Virus record (IMG/VR): IMGVR_UViG_642555161_000005
Length of the DNA: 64,000 bases
Reading direction: 5' to 3' (one strand)
From: a virus
The position numbers and the translations under genes were made by a program. Numbering within the stretch: position 1 is the first letter of the stretch; each line of letters begins with the position of its first letter. Under the pieces are notes generated by a model that saw nothing but the letters and a program-made list of their open reading frames with translations, ran no database searches and had not been told where the DNA came from. This document shows, piece after piece, positions 9,376-17,186 of the stretch.

Positions 9376-9894
9376 ATGACCACCGCTAACCTGACCCCGG
9401 CCCAGCACGCCATCCTCGCCAAGGCCATCAATACCAGCGCAGGCAAGATCGACTGGTTCCCCGACAACATCAAAGGAGGCGCACGCAAAAAGGTGCTCGA
9501 CGGCCTGTTCAACCGCGCCCTGATCACGCCCGATGGCGAAGGCTGGCGCGTTGCCGCCGAGGGTTACGACGCCTTGGGCATGAAGCGCCCCGAGATCCCG
9601 CAAGCAACTTCCGCATTCGAGGAGGAACTGGACAAGATCATCAGCAACGCGGAGGCCCAATGGCAGCAAGAGGCCAAACGCGCGCCGCGCACCCGCGAGA
9701 ACAGCAAGCAGGCCGACGTGATCCGGATGCTGCAACGCCCCGATGGCGCGACCATCAACCAGATCTGCGCGGCTACCGGCTGGCAGGCGCACACAGTGCG
9801 CGGCACCTTTGCCGGAGCCTTCAAGAAAAAGCTCGGCCTGACCATCGTTTCGGACAAGCCGCAGGATGGCGAACGGGTCTACCGCATCGCCTGA
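9376..9894 (+). CDS. DUF3489-like winged-helix protein
   Basis: SKQADVIRMLQRPDGATINQICAATGWQAHTVRG...RVYRI; RBS AAGGAG. Confidence 0.8.
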   Translation: MTTANLTPAQHAILAKAINTSAGKIDWFPDNIKGGARKKVLDGLFNRALITPDGEGWRVAAEGYDALGMKRPEIPQATSAFEEELDKIISNAEAQWQQEAKRAPRTRENSKQADVIRMLQRPDGATINQICAATGWQAHTVRGTFAGAFKKKLGLTIVSDKPQDGERVYRIA

Positions 9895-9922
9895 AGAAAG
9901 ATCGAGAAAGAAGCCAAGAACA

Positions 9923-9953
9923 GCTTGGCTTCTCCATCACCCAGCGCGTTACT
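9923..9953 (+). promoter_or_regulatory. Repeated promoter-like motif, copy 3
   Basis: GCTTGGCTTC-tccatcacc-CAGCGCGTTACT; perfect inverted GAAGCCAAG at 9910-9918. Confidence 0.75.
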
Positions 9954-9989
9954 ACGGGTGTCGCAACGATCAACCCGAAGGAGCCCAAG

Positions 9990-10355
9990 ATGAACACCAC
10001 CAACCAGATCCCAGCCACCCAGAACGATGCCTGGGGATTTTTTGGCACGATGGATGAGCACGCCGCAGCCGCATGGCCGCTGGCCATGACCGCGATCTCG
10101 AACGCCACCCACCAGCCCCTCGACTCGGTGCGCATCTTCCTCGACAGCCGCCACGGTCGCCACTTTGCCGACGACGTGCAGAACGGGCTTTTCGAGGGCA
10201 AGCCCCTGCAAGACGCCATCGACGCCGCCACCGCCCGCTGGATGGGCTGGACGATTGGCCGCCAGACCAGCAAGGACTACGGCATCCCGCGCGGCCTGCC
10301 TTACCTGACGGGCTTTGTGATCCACAGCGAAATCAGCGACGAGATGGCCGCCTGA
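9990..10355 (+). CDS. Hypothetical accessory protein
   Basis: RBS AAGGAG; TQNDAWGFFGTM...FLDSRHGRHFADDV. Confidence 0.8.
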   Translation: MNTTNQIPATQNDAWGFFGTMDEHAAAAWPLAMTAISNATHQPLDSVRIFLDSRHGRHFADDVQNGLFEGKPLQDAIDAATARWMGWTIGRQTSKDYGIPRGLPYLTGFVIHSEISDEMAA

Positions 10356-10764
10356 TGCAAACGCCTGCCGCCGAACGGGAGCAGGCGCTGCGTTGGCTGA
10401 TCGCCAACCGGCGTCCAGGCATCTCCATTGAGCAGGCCGTGCGCGTGATGTGCGCGGCGTTGCCCCGCGATCTCGCCACGATGCAAATCCTGCGGCGCAT
10501 CGCCGAGGAAGAAGCCCCCCGCGTCAGAATACTTGTCGCCCCGATAGGACCAGAGCTGTGAGACTGGTTCATTGATGGTGGTGGGAGGCTGTGGAGCTTG
10601 TGGGCGAAGGCCGGCGCGGTGGGCAACGCGGATGCGTTGTCCACGGCAAGCTGGCCGGTGCGCGAAGCGCATCGTCCACAAATGCACAGCCTGTGCGGCG
10701 CCGAAGGCGCCGCCCCCCGCACACCATCGTTTCATCGACACGGGGGCGCGGATGAGAGAAGAAG

Positions 10765-11244
10765 TTGGCCCGATACGGACAAGCATTCAAGGACCGGGCG
10801 GTGGCACGCATGCTGCCGCCGGAGAGCGCCGCACCGCAGGTGGTGTCGCGCGAGATCGGAGTGGGCGTGGACACGCTGGAGCGCTGGCGCGCTGAGTCGT
10901 TGGCCAGGCCGGCGAAGGAGCGCGTGTGGACAGCTGCCGCGCGCCTGGAGGCGGTGATCACGACCGCGGCGATGGACGATGCCTCGCGCAGCGCCTGGTG
11001 CCGCGAGAACGGCGTGTACGCGCAGCAACTGCAGCAATGGCGAGACAACGCGGTGCGGGCACTGGCTGCACCCGAGCAAGTACGTGCCAGCCCCTCGCAG
11101 ACCAAGGAGGATCGGCGCCGCATCAAAGAGCTCGAGCGAGAGGTACGCCGCAAGGACAAGGCCCTGGCCGAGGCGGCGGCGCTGCTGGTGCTGTCAAAAA
11201 AAGCCGAGGCGATCTTCAACAGGAACAAGGGCGAGGACGAATGA
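10765..11244 (+). CDS. IS3-family transposase OrfA
   Basis: HTH plus leucine-zipper-like end (RIKELEREVRRKDKALAEAAALLVLSKK); A7G slippery site at 11196-11203. Confidence 0.9.
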   Translation: MARYGQAFKDRAVARMLPPESAAPQVVSREIGVGVDTLERWRAESLARPAKERVWTAAARLEAVITTAAMDDASRSAWCRENGVYAQQLQQWRDNAVRALAAPEQVRASPSQTKEDRRRIKELEREVRRKDKALAEAAALLVLSKKAEAIFNRNKGEDE

Positions 11245-12338
11245 TCGGCCTCGAAGATCGCCAGGAAATTGCCCGAGACATCGAAGCGGCTTGCGATGCC
11301 GGTGCGCGCCTGAAGCCAGCGTGCGAACTCATGGGGATCAGCGCGCGTACCTTGCAGCGCTGGAAGGCCGGCCAAGGCCTGGAATCGGGCGATGGCAGGC
11401 CGCAGGCCGTGCGGCCGGCGCCAGCCCATGCGCTGAGTGATCGCGAACGTGCGCAGATCGTCAGCGTGGCCAACGAGCCGCGCTTCGCCGATCTGCCGCC
11501 GGCGCGCATCGTGCCGACGCTGGCTGACGAGGGCGTCTACATCGCCAGCGAGTCCAGCTTCCGCCGCGTGCTGCGTGCGCAGGGGCAAATGAGTCACCGC
11601 GGGCGCGCCAAGGCACCACGCAAGGGCCGGCCACCGACCACTCACGTGGCCACCGCGCCGCGACAGCTGTGGTGCTGGGACATGACGTTCCTGCCAAGGG
11701 ATGTCGCCGGACGCTGGTTCTTCCTGTACCTCATCATGGACGTGTACAGCCGCAAGATCGTGGGCTTCGAGGTGCACGAGGACGACGACTGGGACCACGC
11801 TGCGCGGCTCGTGCAGCGCACGGCGCTGGCCGAGGGCATTCACGCCATGCCGCGTGACGAGCGACCCGTACTGCACGGCGACAACGGCGCCACGCTGAAG
11901 GCCACCACCGTGCTGGCCATGCTGTGGTGGCTGGGCGTGAAACCGTCGTACTCACGGCCCCGCGTGAGCGACGACAACGCCTTCGTCGAAAGCCTGTTCC
12001 GCACGGCGAAGTACCGGCCGGAGTTCCCAGAAAAGGGCTTTACGGATCTGTGCGCCGCGCGCGAGTGGGCGCGCCAATTCGTGCATTGGTACAACCACGA
12101 TCACAGGCACAGCGGCATCCGCTACGTCAGCCCGGCACAGCGCCATGAAGGCCACGACGTCGCGATCCTTGCGGCTCGGCACCAGGTCTACCTCCAGGCT
12201 CGCGAACGCAACCCCGCGCGCTGGTCACGCGGCACACGCGACTGGTCGCACATCCGGGCCGTTACCCTCAACCCTGAACGCGACTCTGTGGTCACAACGG
12301 CTGTGAGCCGAGGAGACATTCAGCCGATTGCTGCGTGA
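11241..12338 (+). CDS. IS3-family transposase OrfB (DDE integrase core)
   Basis: WCWDMT, DVYSRKIVG, HGDNG and DNAFVESLFRTAK motifs; -1 frame relative to orfA. Confidence 0.92.
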   Translation: MIGLEDRQEIARDIEAACDAGARLKPACELMGISARTLQRWKAGQGLESGDGRPQAVRPAPAHALSDRERAQIVSVANEPRFADLPPARIVPTLADEGVYIASESSFRRVLRAQGQMSHRGRAKAPRKGRPPTTHVATAPRQLWCWDMTFLPRDVAGRWFFLYLIMDVYSRKIVGFEVHEDDDWDHAARLVQRTALAEGIHAMPRDERPVLHGDNGATLKATTVLAMLWWLGVKPSYSRPRVSDDNAFVESLFRTAKYRPEFPEKGFTDLCAAREWARQFVHWYNHDHRHSGIRYVSPAQRHEGHDVAILAARHQVYLQARERNPARWSRGTRDWSHIRAVTLNPERDSVVTTAVSRGDIQPIAA

Positions 12339-12528
12339 CAGAGGCGACAAGTAGCTTGACGCGCGCCGGAAGAGGCCAAGCAACTCGGCGAGCGATTCAA
12401 CTGGCGCACGCCTCCTGGTCTGCCGCTTCGCGGATAGGCGGCCAAATTTCAGTGCTTTGGCTGCAATCTTGAAAAGTGGATGGACAGCCCCAACATCGCC
12501 CGAAACATTCCCATTCGAGAGGCATCAG

Positions 12529-12927
12529 ATGAACAGCCAAGATTTTGATAAGTGTCGACAGTTTCTGGAGGATCAACTGTCAAAAAACATCGACAACAAA
12601 GAACTCCTTGCCACCTATCAAAAGCTGATCGAACTCAAGAGCCAGTACGACACGGCGACTGACAAGGCTCTTATTGAGAAGGAAATTCGCGAAGCCGAAT
12701 TGAATACCCAATTTCGAACAGCAGCATACGCCAATGATACGGATCTGAATAAAGCGGTTCACAGCAACATTACAAATTCAAATATGGCTTGGAATGCTCA
12801 ACAGGCTGAAAGCCAGCGCCATCACCAAACAACAGTAGCCAATACCATGACCCATGCCATGAGTAATGGCTACCAGCCGTGGCAACCGATGCCGGGGACA
12901 TTGCCCCACCAATCCGGGCAGTACTGA
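12529..12927 (+). CDS. Low-GC hypothetical (moron-like) protein
   Basis: RBS GAGG, visibly AT-richer than the flanks, convergent with the methyltransferase. Confidence 0.7.
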   Translation: MNSQDFDKCRQFLEDQLSKNIDNKELLATYQKLIELKSQYDTATDKALIEKEIREAELNTQFRTAAYANDTDLNKAVHSNITNSNMAWNAQQAESQRHHQTTVANTMTHAMSNGYQPWQPMPGTLPHQSGQY

Positions 12928-12940
12928 TTTCAATCAGCTG

Positions 12941-14188
12941 TCAAGTTGAAACTGGTAGCACATCAAACGAGGTGTCATCCGCCTCGCGGATAGCCTGTTG
13001 GCCAGTGAAGTTCTCCCACCGGCGCACGATCACATCCACGTACTTCGGATCAAGTTCGATCAGCCGCGCCACGCGACCTGATTTTTCCGCCGCGATCAGT
13101 GTGGTGCCGGAACCGCCAAACGGGTCGAGCACCACGTTGCCGGGGCGGCTTGAGTTGCGGATCGCCCGCTCGACCAACTCCACCGGCTTCATCGTCGGGT
13201 GCAGGTCGTTCTTCTGCGGTTTCTTGATCTGCCAGACGTCTCCCTGATCGCGGTCGCCGCACCAGTGCCGCTGCGCGCCCTCGGGCCAGCCGTACAGAAT
13301 CGGCTCGTACTGGCGCTGGTAATCGGCACGGCCCAGGGTGAAGGTGTTCTTGGCCCAGATGATGAACGTTGACCACTTGCCACCGGCTGCGCGGAAGGCC
13401 GACTGCAACACGTCCAGCTCACTGGACGACATCGCCACGTAGATACCGCCCCGGCAGTTCGCCACCATCTGGGTCAGAGCCGCCAGCAGGAAGTCGTAGA
13501 AGCCGTCGCCCAAGTTGTCGTTCAAGATCGCGCGATCTTTGCCGCGCATTTTGTCTTTCGCGCTGTTGGCATAGTTCACGTTGTACGGCGGGTCGGTGAA
13601 CACCATGTCCACCGGCGCGCCTTGCAACAGCGCGTCGTAGCTCTCAGCCACGGTGGCGTCGCCACACAGCAGTCGGTGCGGGCCCATGATCCACACATCG
13701 CCCGGACGCGAGATCGGTGTCTCGCTGACCTCGGGAACCGCATCCTCGTCGGTCTGCCCCTCGTTGTCCGGCTCATCGCCCGCGATCAGTTCGGCCAGGG
13801 CGTCGGCGTCGAAGCCGGTGATGTCGAGGTCAAAACCTTCGCCCATCAGGGCTTCCAGTTCGATGCGCAGTATCGCTTCATCCCAACCCGCGTTCTCAGC
13901 AATGCGGTTGTCGGCGATCACCAGGGCGCGGCGCTGCGTGGGTGTCAGGTGATCGAGCACGACCACCGGCACGATTTCCAGCCCGAGTTTCTGGGCAGCG
14001 GCGAGCCGCCCGTGGCCCGCAACGATGATGCCGTCGCTGCCCGCAAGGATGGGGTTGGTGAAACCGAACTCGGCGATGCTGGCGGCAATTTGCGCCACCT
14101 GCTCATCCGAGTGGGTGCGCGCGTTGCGGGCATAGGGCAGCAGTTTGGCGGTCGGCCACTGCTCGATCTTGTCGGCCAGCCAGTTCAT
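12941..14188 (-). CDS. ParB-N-domain DNA methyltransferase (DPPY, probably N6-adenine)
   Basis: ParB-like N-terminus (IVAGHGRL, ADNRIAE); DPPY, HPTMKP and LDPFGGSGTT motifs. Confidence 0.93.
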   Translation of the reverse strand: MNWLADKIEQWPTAKLLPYARNARTHSDEQVAQIAASIAEFGFTNPILAGSDGIIVAGHGRLAAAQKLGLEIVPVVVLDHLTPTQRRALVIADNRIAENAGWDEAILRIELEALMGEGFDLDITGFDADALAELIAGDEPDNEGQTDEDAVPEVSETPISRPGDVWIMGPHRLLCGDATVAESYDALLQGAPVDMVFTDPPYNVNYANSAKDKMRGKDRAILNDNLGDGFYDFLLAALTQMVANCRGGIYVAMSSSELDVLQSAFRAAGGKWSTFIIWAKNTFTLGRADYQRQYEPILYGWPEGAQRHWCGDRDQGDVWQIKKPQKNDLHPTMKPVELVERAIRNSSRPGNVVLDPFGGSGTTLIAAEKSGRVARLIELDPKYVDVIVRRWENFTGQQAIREADDTSFDVLPVST

Positions 14189-15600
14189 GCCGCTACCTCG
14201 CTTTCTGATTCGCGCTCGGCGGCAACCTGCTCGAAGGACTGACCGGTGGCGGCGAGCGTCACCGGCACGCCGGGGTGGTTCTGCTGGAAGCGTTTGATGG
14301 CGACATCCACGTACTGCGGCGCGATCTCCACGCTGCGGCAGATGCGGCCAGTGCGCTCGGCCGCCAGCATCGTCGTGCCGCTACCGCCGAAGGGTTCGAA
14401 CACGATGTCGCCCGCATCGGTGTAGGCCTCGATCACGAACTCCGGTAGCGCCACCGGGAACACGGCCGGGTGATCGATGTCTTGGCCGATCTTGCCCTTG
14501 TGGCGCATCACGCGGATCACGCTGTCGGGGATGCGGGTGTCTTGCGTCGGCTGGCCCTTGTGCGTCCAGCCGCCGACTTCGCCGTCCTTGCCGCGCATCG
14601 CGGTGGACGAGCCATCGGCGCGCAAGTGCGATTCCTGCCCGGCGTGCTTGCACGGCACGATCTTGTTCGGCTTGCGGCTCTCGCGGTTGAAGTGGAAAAC
14701 GAACTCGAAGCTGGGCGCGAGGCGACCCTGCCAGTCGCCGGGCATCCCCGGCCCCTGATCCCATACGTACCACGCAAAGCGCCGCCAGCCTTGGCTGCGC
14801 ATCCACGCCAGCCAGCCGTCCCAGTACGGGATGACTTCGTTGTCGCGGTGGATCAGGCCGAGATTGACCAACACCTGACCGTCGGCGGCCATTGGAAGGT
14901 TGGCGAACACGCCACGCATCAGTGCGTCCCAATCGGAGATGCCGCCCGAGGTGTAGTCGCGCTGGTTGCCGTAGGGCGGACTGGTGAAGCACAGGCTTGC
15001 GGTGTCACCCTGCATCAGCGCAGCGACCACGGCGGCATCGGTGGCGTCGCCGCAGATCAGGCGGTGTTGCCCGAGCTGCCAGACGTCACCCGGGCGGGAC
15101 ACCGGCACTGCCGGAGTGTCCGGCACATCATCGGTGTCGTCTGCGCTGCTTTCCGGGGTGTATTCTTCGGTGGCAGCCGTATCGTCGTCAAGGCTGGTGG
15201 AGAGCAGGCGCTCGATTTCGCTGTCGTCGAAGCCAGTCAAGGCAAGGTCATATCCCGATTCGGACAACTCGGCGATCTCGAGCGCCAGCATTTCTTCATC
15301 CCAGCCCGCATCGAGCGCCAGCCGGTTGTCGGCAATCACCAGCGCGCGCTTCTGGGCGGTGGTGAGGTGCGCCAGTTCGATCACCGGCACCTGACCCAGT
15401 CCCAGCTTGCGGGCAGCGGCCAGACGCCCGTGTCCGGCGATGATGCCGCTGTCGCCGTCCACCAGCACCGGGTTCGTCCAGCCGTACTCGACGATGCTGG
15501 CCGCGATCTTGGCGATCTGCGCCTCGGAATGCGTGCGCGGATTGCGGGCGTAGGGAATCAGCGCCTCGACCTTGCGGTACTCGACGTTGAGCGTATTCAA
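14185..15600 (-). CDS. ParB-N-domain DNA methyltransferase (SPPY, probably N4-cytosine)
   Basis: TTG start with GAGG RBS; ParB-like N-terminus; TSPPY, HPAVFP and EPFGGSGTT motifs. Confidence 0.92.
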   Translation of the reverse strand: MNTLNVEYRKVEALIPYARNPRTHSEAQIAKIAASIVEYGWTNPVLVDGDSGIIAGHGRLAAARKLGLGQVPVIELAHLTTAQKRALVIADNRLALDAGWDEEMLALEIAELSESGYDLALTGFDDSEIERLLSTSLDDDTAATEEYTPESSADDTDDVPDTPAVPVSRPGDVWQLGQHRLICGDATDAAVVAALMQGDTASLCFTSPPYGNQRDYTSGGISDWDALMRGVFANLPMAADGQVLVNLGLIHRDNEVIPYWDGWLAWMRSQGWRRFAWYVWDQGPGMPGDWQGRLAPSFEFVFHFNRESRKPNKIVPCKHAGQESHLRADGSSTAMRGKDGEVGGWTHKGQPTQDTRIPDSVIRVMRHKGKIGQDIDHPAVFPVALPEFVIEAYTDAGDIVFEPFGGSGTTMLAAERTGRICRSVEIAPQYVDVAIKRFQQNHPGVPVTLAATGQSFEQVAAERESESEVAA

Positions 15601-15612
15601 AGTGGATGCCTC

Positions 15613-15650
15613 AAAAACAAAACCCACCGACGGCAAAACCGTGGGCGGGC
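15613..15650 (-). terminator. Intrinsic terminator-like hairpin in the late leader
   Basis: Minus strand CCCGCCCACGG-TTTTG-CCGTCGGTGGG followed by TTTTGTTTTT. Confidence 0.55.
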
Positions 15651-15672
15651 TCGATGGTGGAAACCGGAATGG

Positions 15673-15803
15673 GGTGGTAACTGCGCTGCGAGGTGGTAAC
15701 CGGGGCCGGTAACCTCGCCGGGTGGTAACCTGTTTTTGCGGCCTGACGCAAAAAAAGCGCCGCGCTCGCGCCCCCCGCATGGGAGTTTGGCCAGGAAGGA
15801 CCC
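15673..15803 (-). other. Putative cos packaging site (cosQ-cosN-cosB-like)
   Basis: Minus strand GGGTCCT (identical to lambda cosQ, 15797-15803), then ATGCGGGGGGCGCGAGCGCGG resembling lambda cosN, then four GTTACC repeats. Confidence 0.7.
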
Positions 15804-15946
15804 CTTTTGCCTTGGGCCACTTCCTGTGCCGTCACCGCTGTCCAGAAGATAGCTGAAATACTACCCCCGACTGGGCTGTTTTGTTGCATGCCTGCCGGGC
15901 CTCGAAACGGACAAGCAAGGCAAGGCGAGGACAAACGCGGCAAGCA

Positions 15947-16375
15947 TTACCCTAAATTGCCCACGTTTTTGGACGGCGGCCGCACGCCTTCGCCGTTGAG
16001 GTTCGTCGCCACGATCTCCAGTGCCCGCTGCCAGCGTCGCCACGCCGTGCTGCGGTCGCAGGCAAAGCGGATGGTGATGTCCCGCCAGCCGTAGCGCTTG
16101 GCGCGCATCCACACCAGATGGCGCTGCTCGACCTCCAGCCATTGCACCCAGCGCATCGTCTCCAGCATCCGGTCGATGGCGTCCGGCGTGGGCGGGAACG
16201 GTCGGTAAACCTTCTCGTCGGCGGAAAACGACTCCCACTCCTTGCGCACAAAGGCAGGCCAGCAGTTGAAGTAGCCCTGCACGCGTACGGGTGGCAGGCG
16301 GCGTCCGGTGCTGGCCGCCTCCTCGAAGCGGGCGGCCACGCCCTCAATCGTCCAAGGGTTGTGACGGTCAGCCAT
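15947..16375 (-). CDS. Putative late-gene transcription regulator (sigma region 4-like HTH)
   Basis: LEVEQRHLVWMRA...WRDITIRFACDRSTAWRRWQRAL; Q-equivalent position upstream of cos and the late genes. Confidence 0.65.
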   Translation of the reverse strand: MADRHNPWTIEGVAARFEEAASTGRRLPPVRVQGYFNCWPAFVRKEWESFSADEKVYRPFPPTPDAIDRMLETMRWVQWLEVEQRHLVWMRAKRYGWRDITIRFACDRSTAWRRWQRALEIVATNLNGEGVRPPSKNVGNLG

Positions 16376-16577
16376 GGCGTCGCCCTCCATTGCCGTAGAG
16401 GCGTTCACCGATCTGGCGCACCAACTCGCGCTCCATCCAGTCCAGACGCTCGTCGTCAGCATTGACGACGAGGATGTGCTGGTCGCGCCAGCCGCGTTGC
16501 TTGATGACATCCACGTCCTGAACTTCCGGCTGCAACCTGCCCAGCGGGCAGCGGTATTGGGGTGTCGGGATCTTCAT
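16368..16577 (-). CDS. Hypothetical protein
   Basis: Coupled small ORF MKIPTPQYRCPLGRLQ... Confidence 0.65.
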   Translation of the reverse strand: MKIPTPQYRCPLGRLQPEVQDVDVIKQRGWRDQHILVVNADDERLDWMERELVRQIGERLYGNGGRRHG

Positions 16578-16578
16578 C

Positions 16579-17055
16579 TCACACCTCCCGTTCCAATGCG
16601 TGCTGTGCGATGGCCCAGTGCAGCAGGGCCAGGGCATCGGCTTCGTTGTCATCGACCGGGGCATGACCACGGGCGCGGGCGGATGCCACCATCTCATCCT
16701 TGCTGGCATTGCCCTTGCCGGTGGCGTACTTCTTGATCGTGCCGACCGGCACGCCCTGATACGGGATCTGGTGGTGCTCGCACCACGCGGTGAGCGTGGC
16801 CAAAAAACCGCCGTAGGCGTGCGCCGCGTCGGTCGAGACGTGGCGGCGTACTTCCTCAAAGTGCAGGCAGTCGATGCCGTCGCAGGACTGCTTGATCTCG
16901 GTGAGCCAGCGTTTGAAGCGCAGGAAGCGCATGCCTCCGCCTTCGAAGCGTTGCGGTTTGAAGCTCTCCGAGCCGCTGGTGATGTGGCCGTCGCAGCCTT
17001 GCAGCGCCCAGCCGGTGGTGGTGCCCAGATCGAGGGCGAGGATGGTGGTGGTCAT
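16579..17055 (-). CDS. RuvC-like Holliday junction resolvase
   Basis: ILALDLGTTTGW, FEEV, ATGKGNASK and DDNEADAL motifs. Confidence 0.85.
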   Translation of the reverse strand: MTTTILALDLGTTTGWALQGCDGHITSGSESFKPQRFEGGGMRFLRFKRWLTEIKQSCDGIDCLHFEEVRRHVSTDAAHAYGGFLATLTAWCEHHQIPYQGVPVGTIKKYATGKGNASKDEMVASARARGHAPVDDNEADALALLHWAIAQHALEREV

Positions 17056-17081
17056 AGTGTCAGTCCTTGTTTTGGTCTGGC

Positions 17082-17175
17082 CTGACGGATCGGACGGGTC
17101 TTATCGAAACCACCCATGAGGTGCGCGCACACGCGCACGCGTAGGAGTTACGACGTAGTCCGTCCGATCCGTCAG
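17082..17175. repeat. Perfect 16-bp inverted repeat downstream of the primase (candidate origin)
   Basis: CTGACGGATCGGACGG (17082-17097) and CCGTCCGATCCGTCAG (17160-17175). Confidence 0.75.
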
Positions 17176-17186
17176 ACGCGGTCATT

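Larger units (their letters stand above)
10515..12368 (+). mobile_element. IS3-family insertion sequence
   Basis: Imperfect terminal IRs (CGCGTCA-N3-TACTTGTCGCC core), 4-bp flanking duplication GAAG (10511-10514 and 12369-12372), orfA/orfB pair. Confidence 0.9.
10355..12437 (+). pseudogene. Small hypothetical gene interrupted by the IS
   Basis: Removing 10515-12368 and one GAAG restores ...RRIAEEEEAKQLGERFNWRTPPGLPLRG* in frame. Confidence 0.8.

Noticed and set aside
8996..9953. Repeated motif as a CRISPR array or integron attC sites
   Set aside because: Repeats are separated by whole genes and have a variable 9-nt core; no integron integrase or RYYYAAC/GTTRRRY attC structure seen
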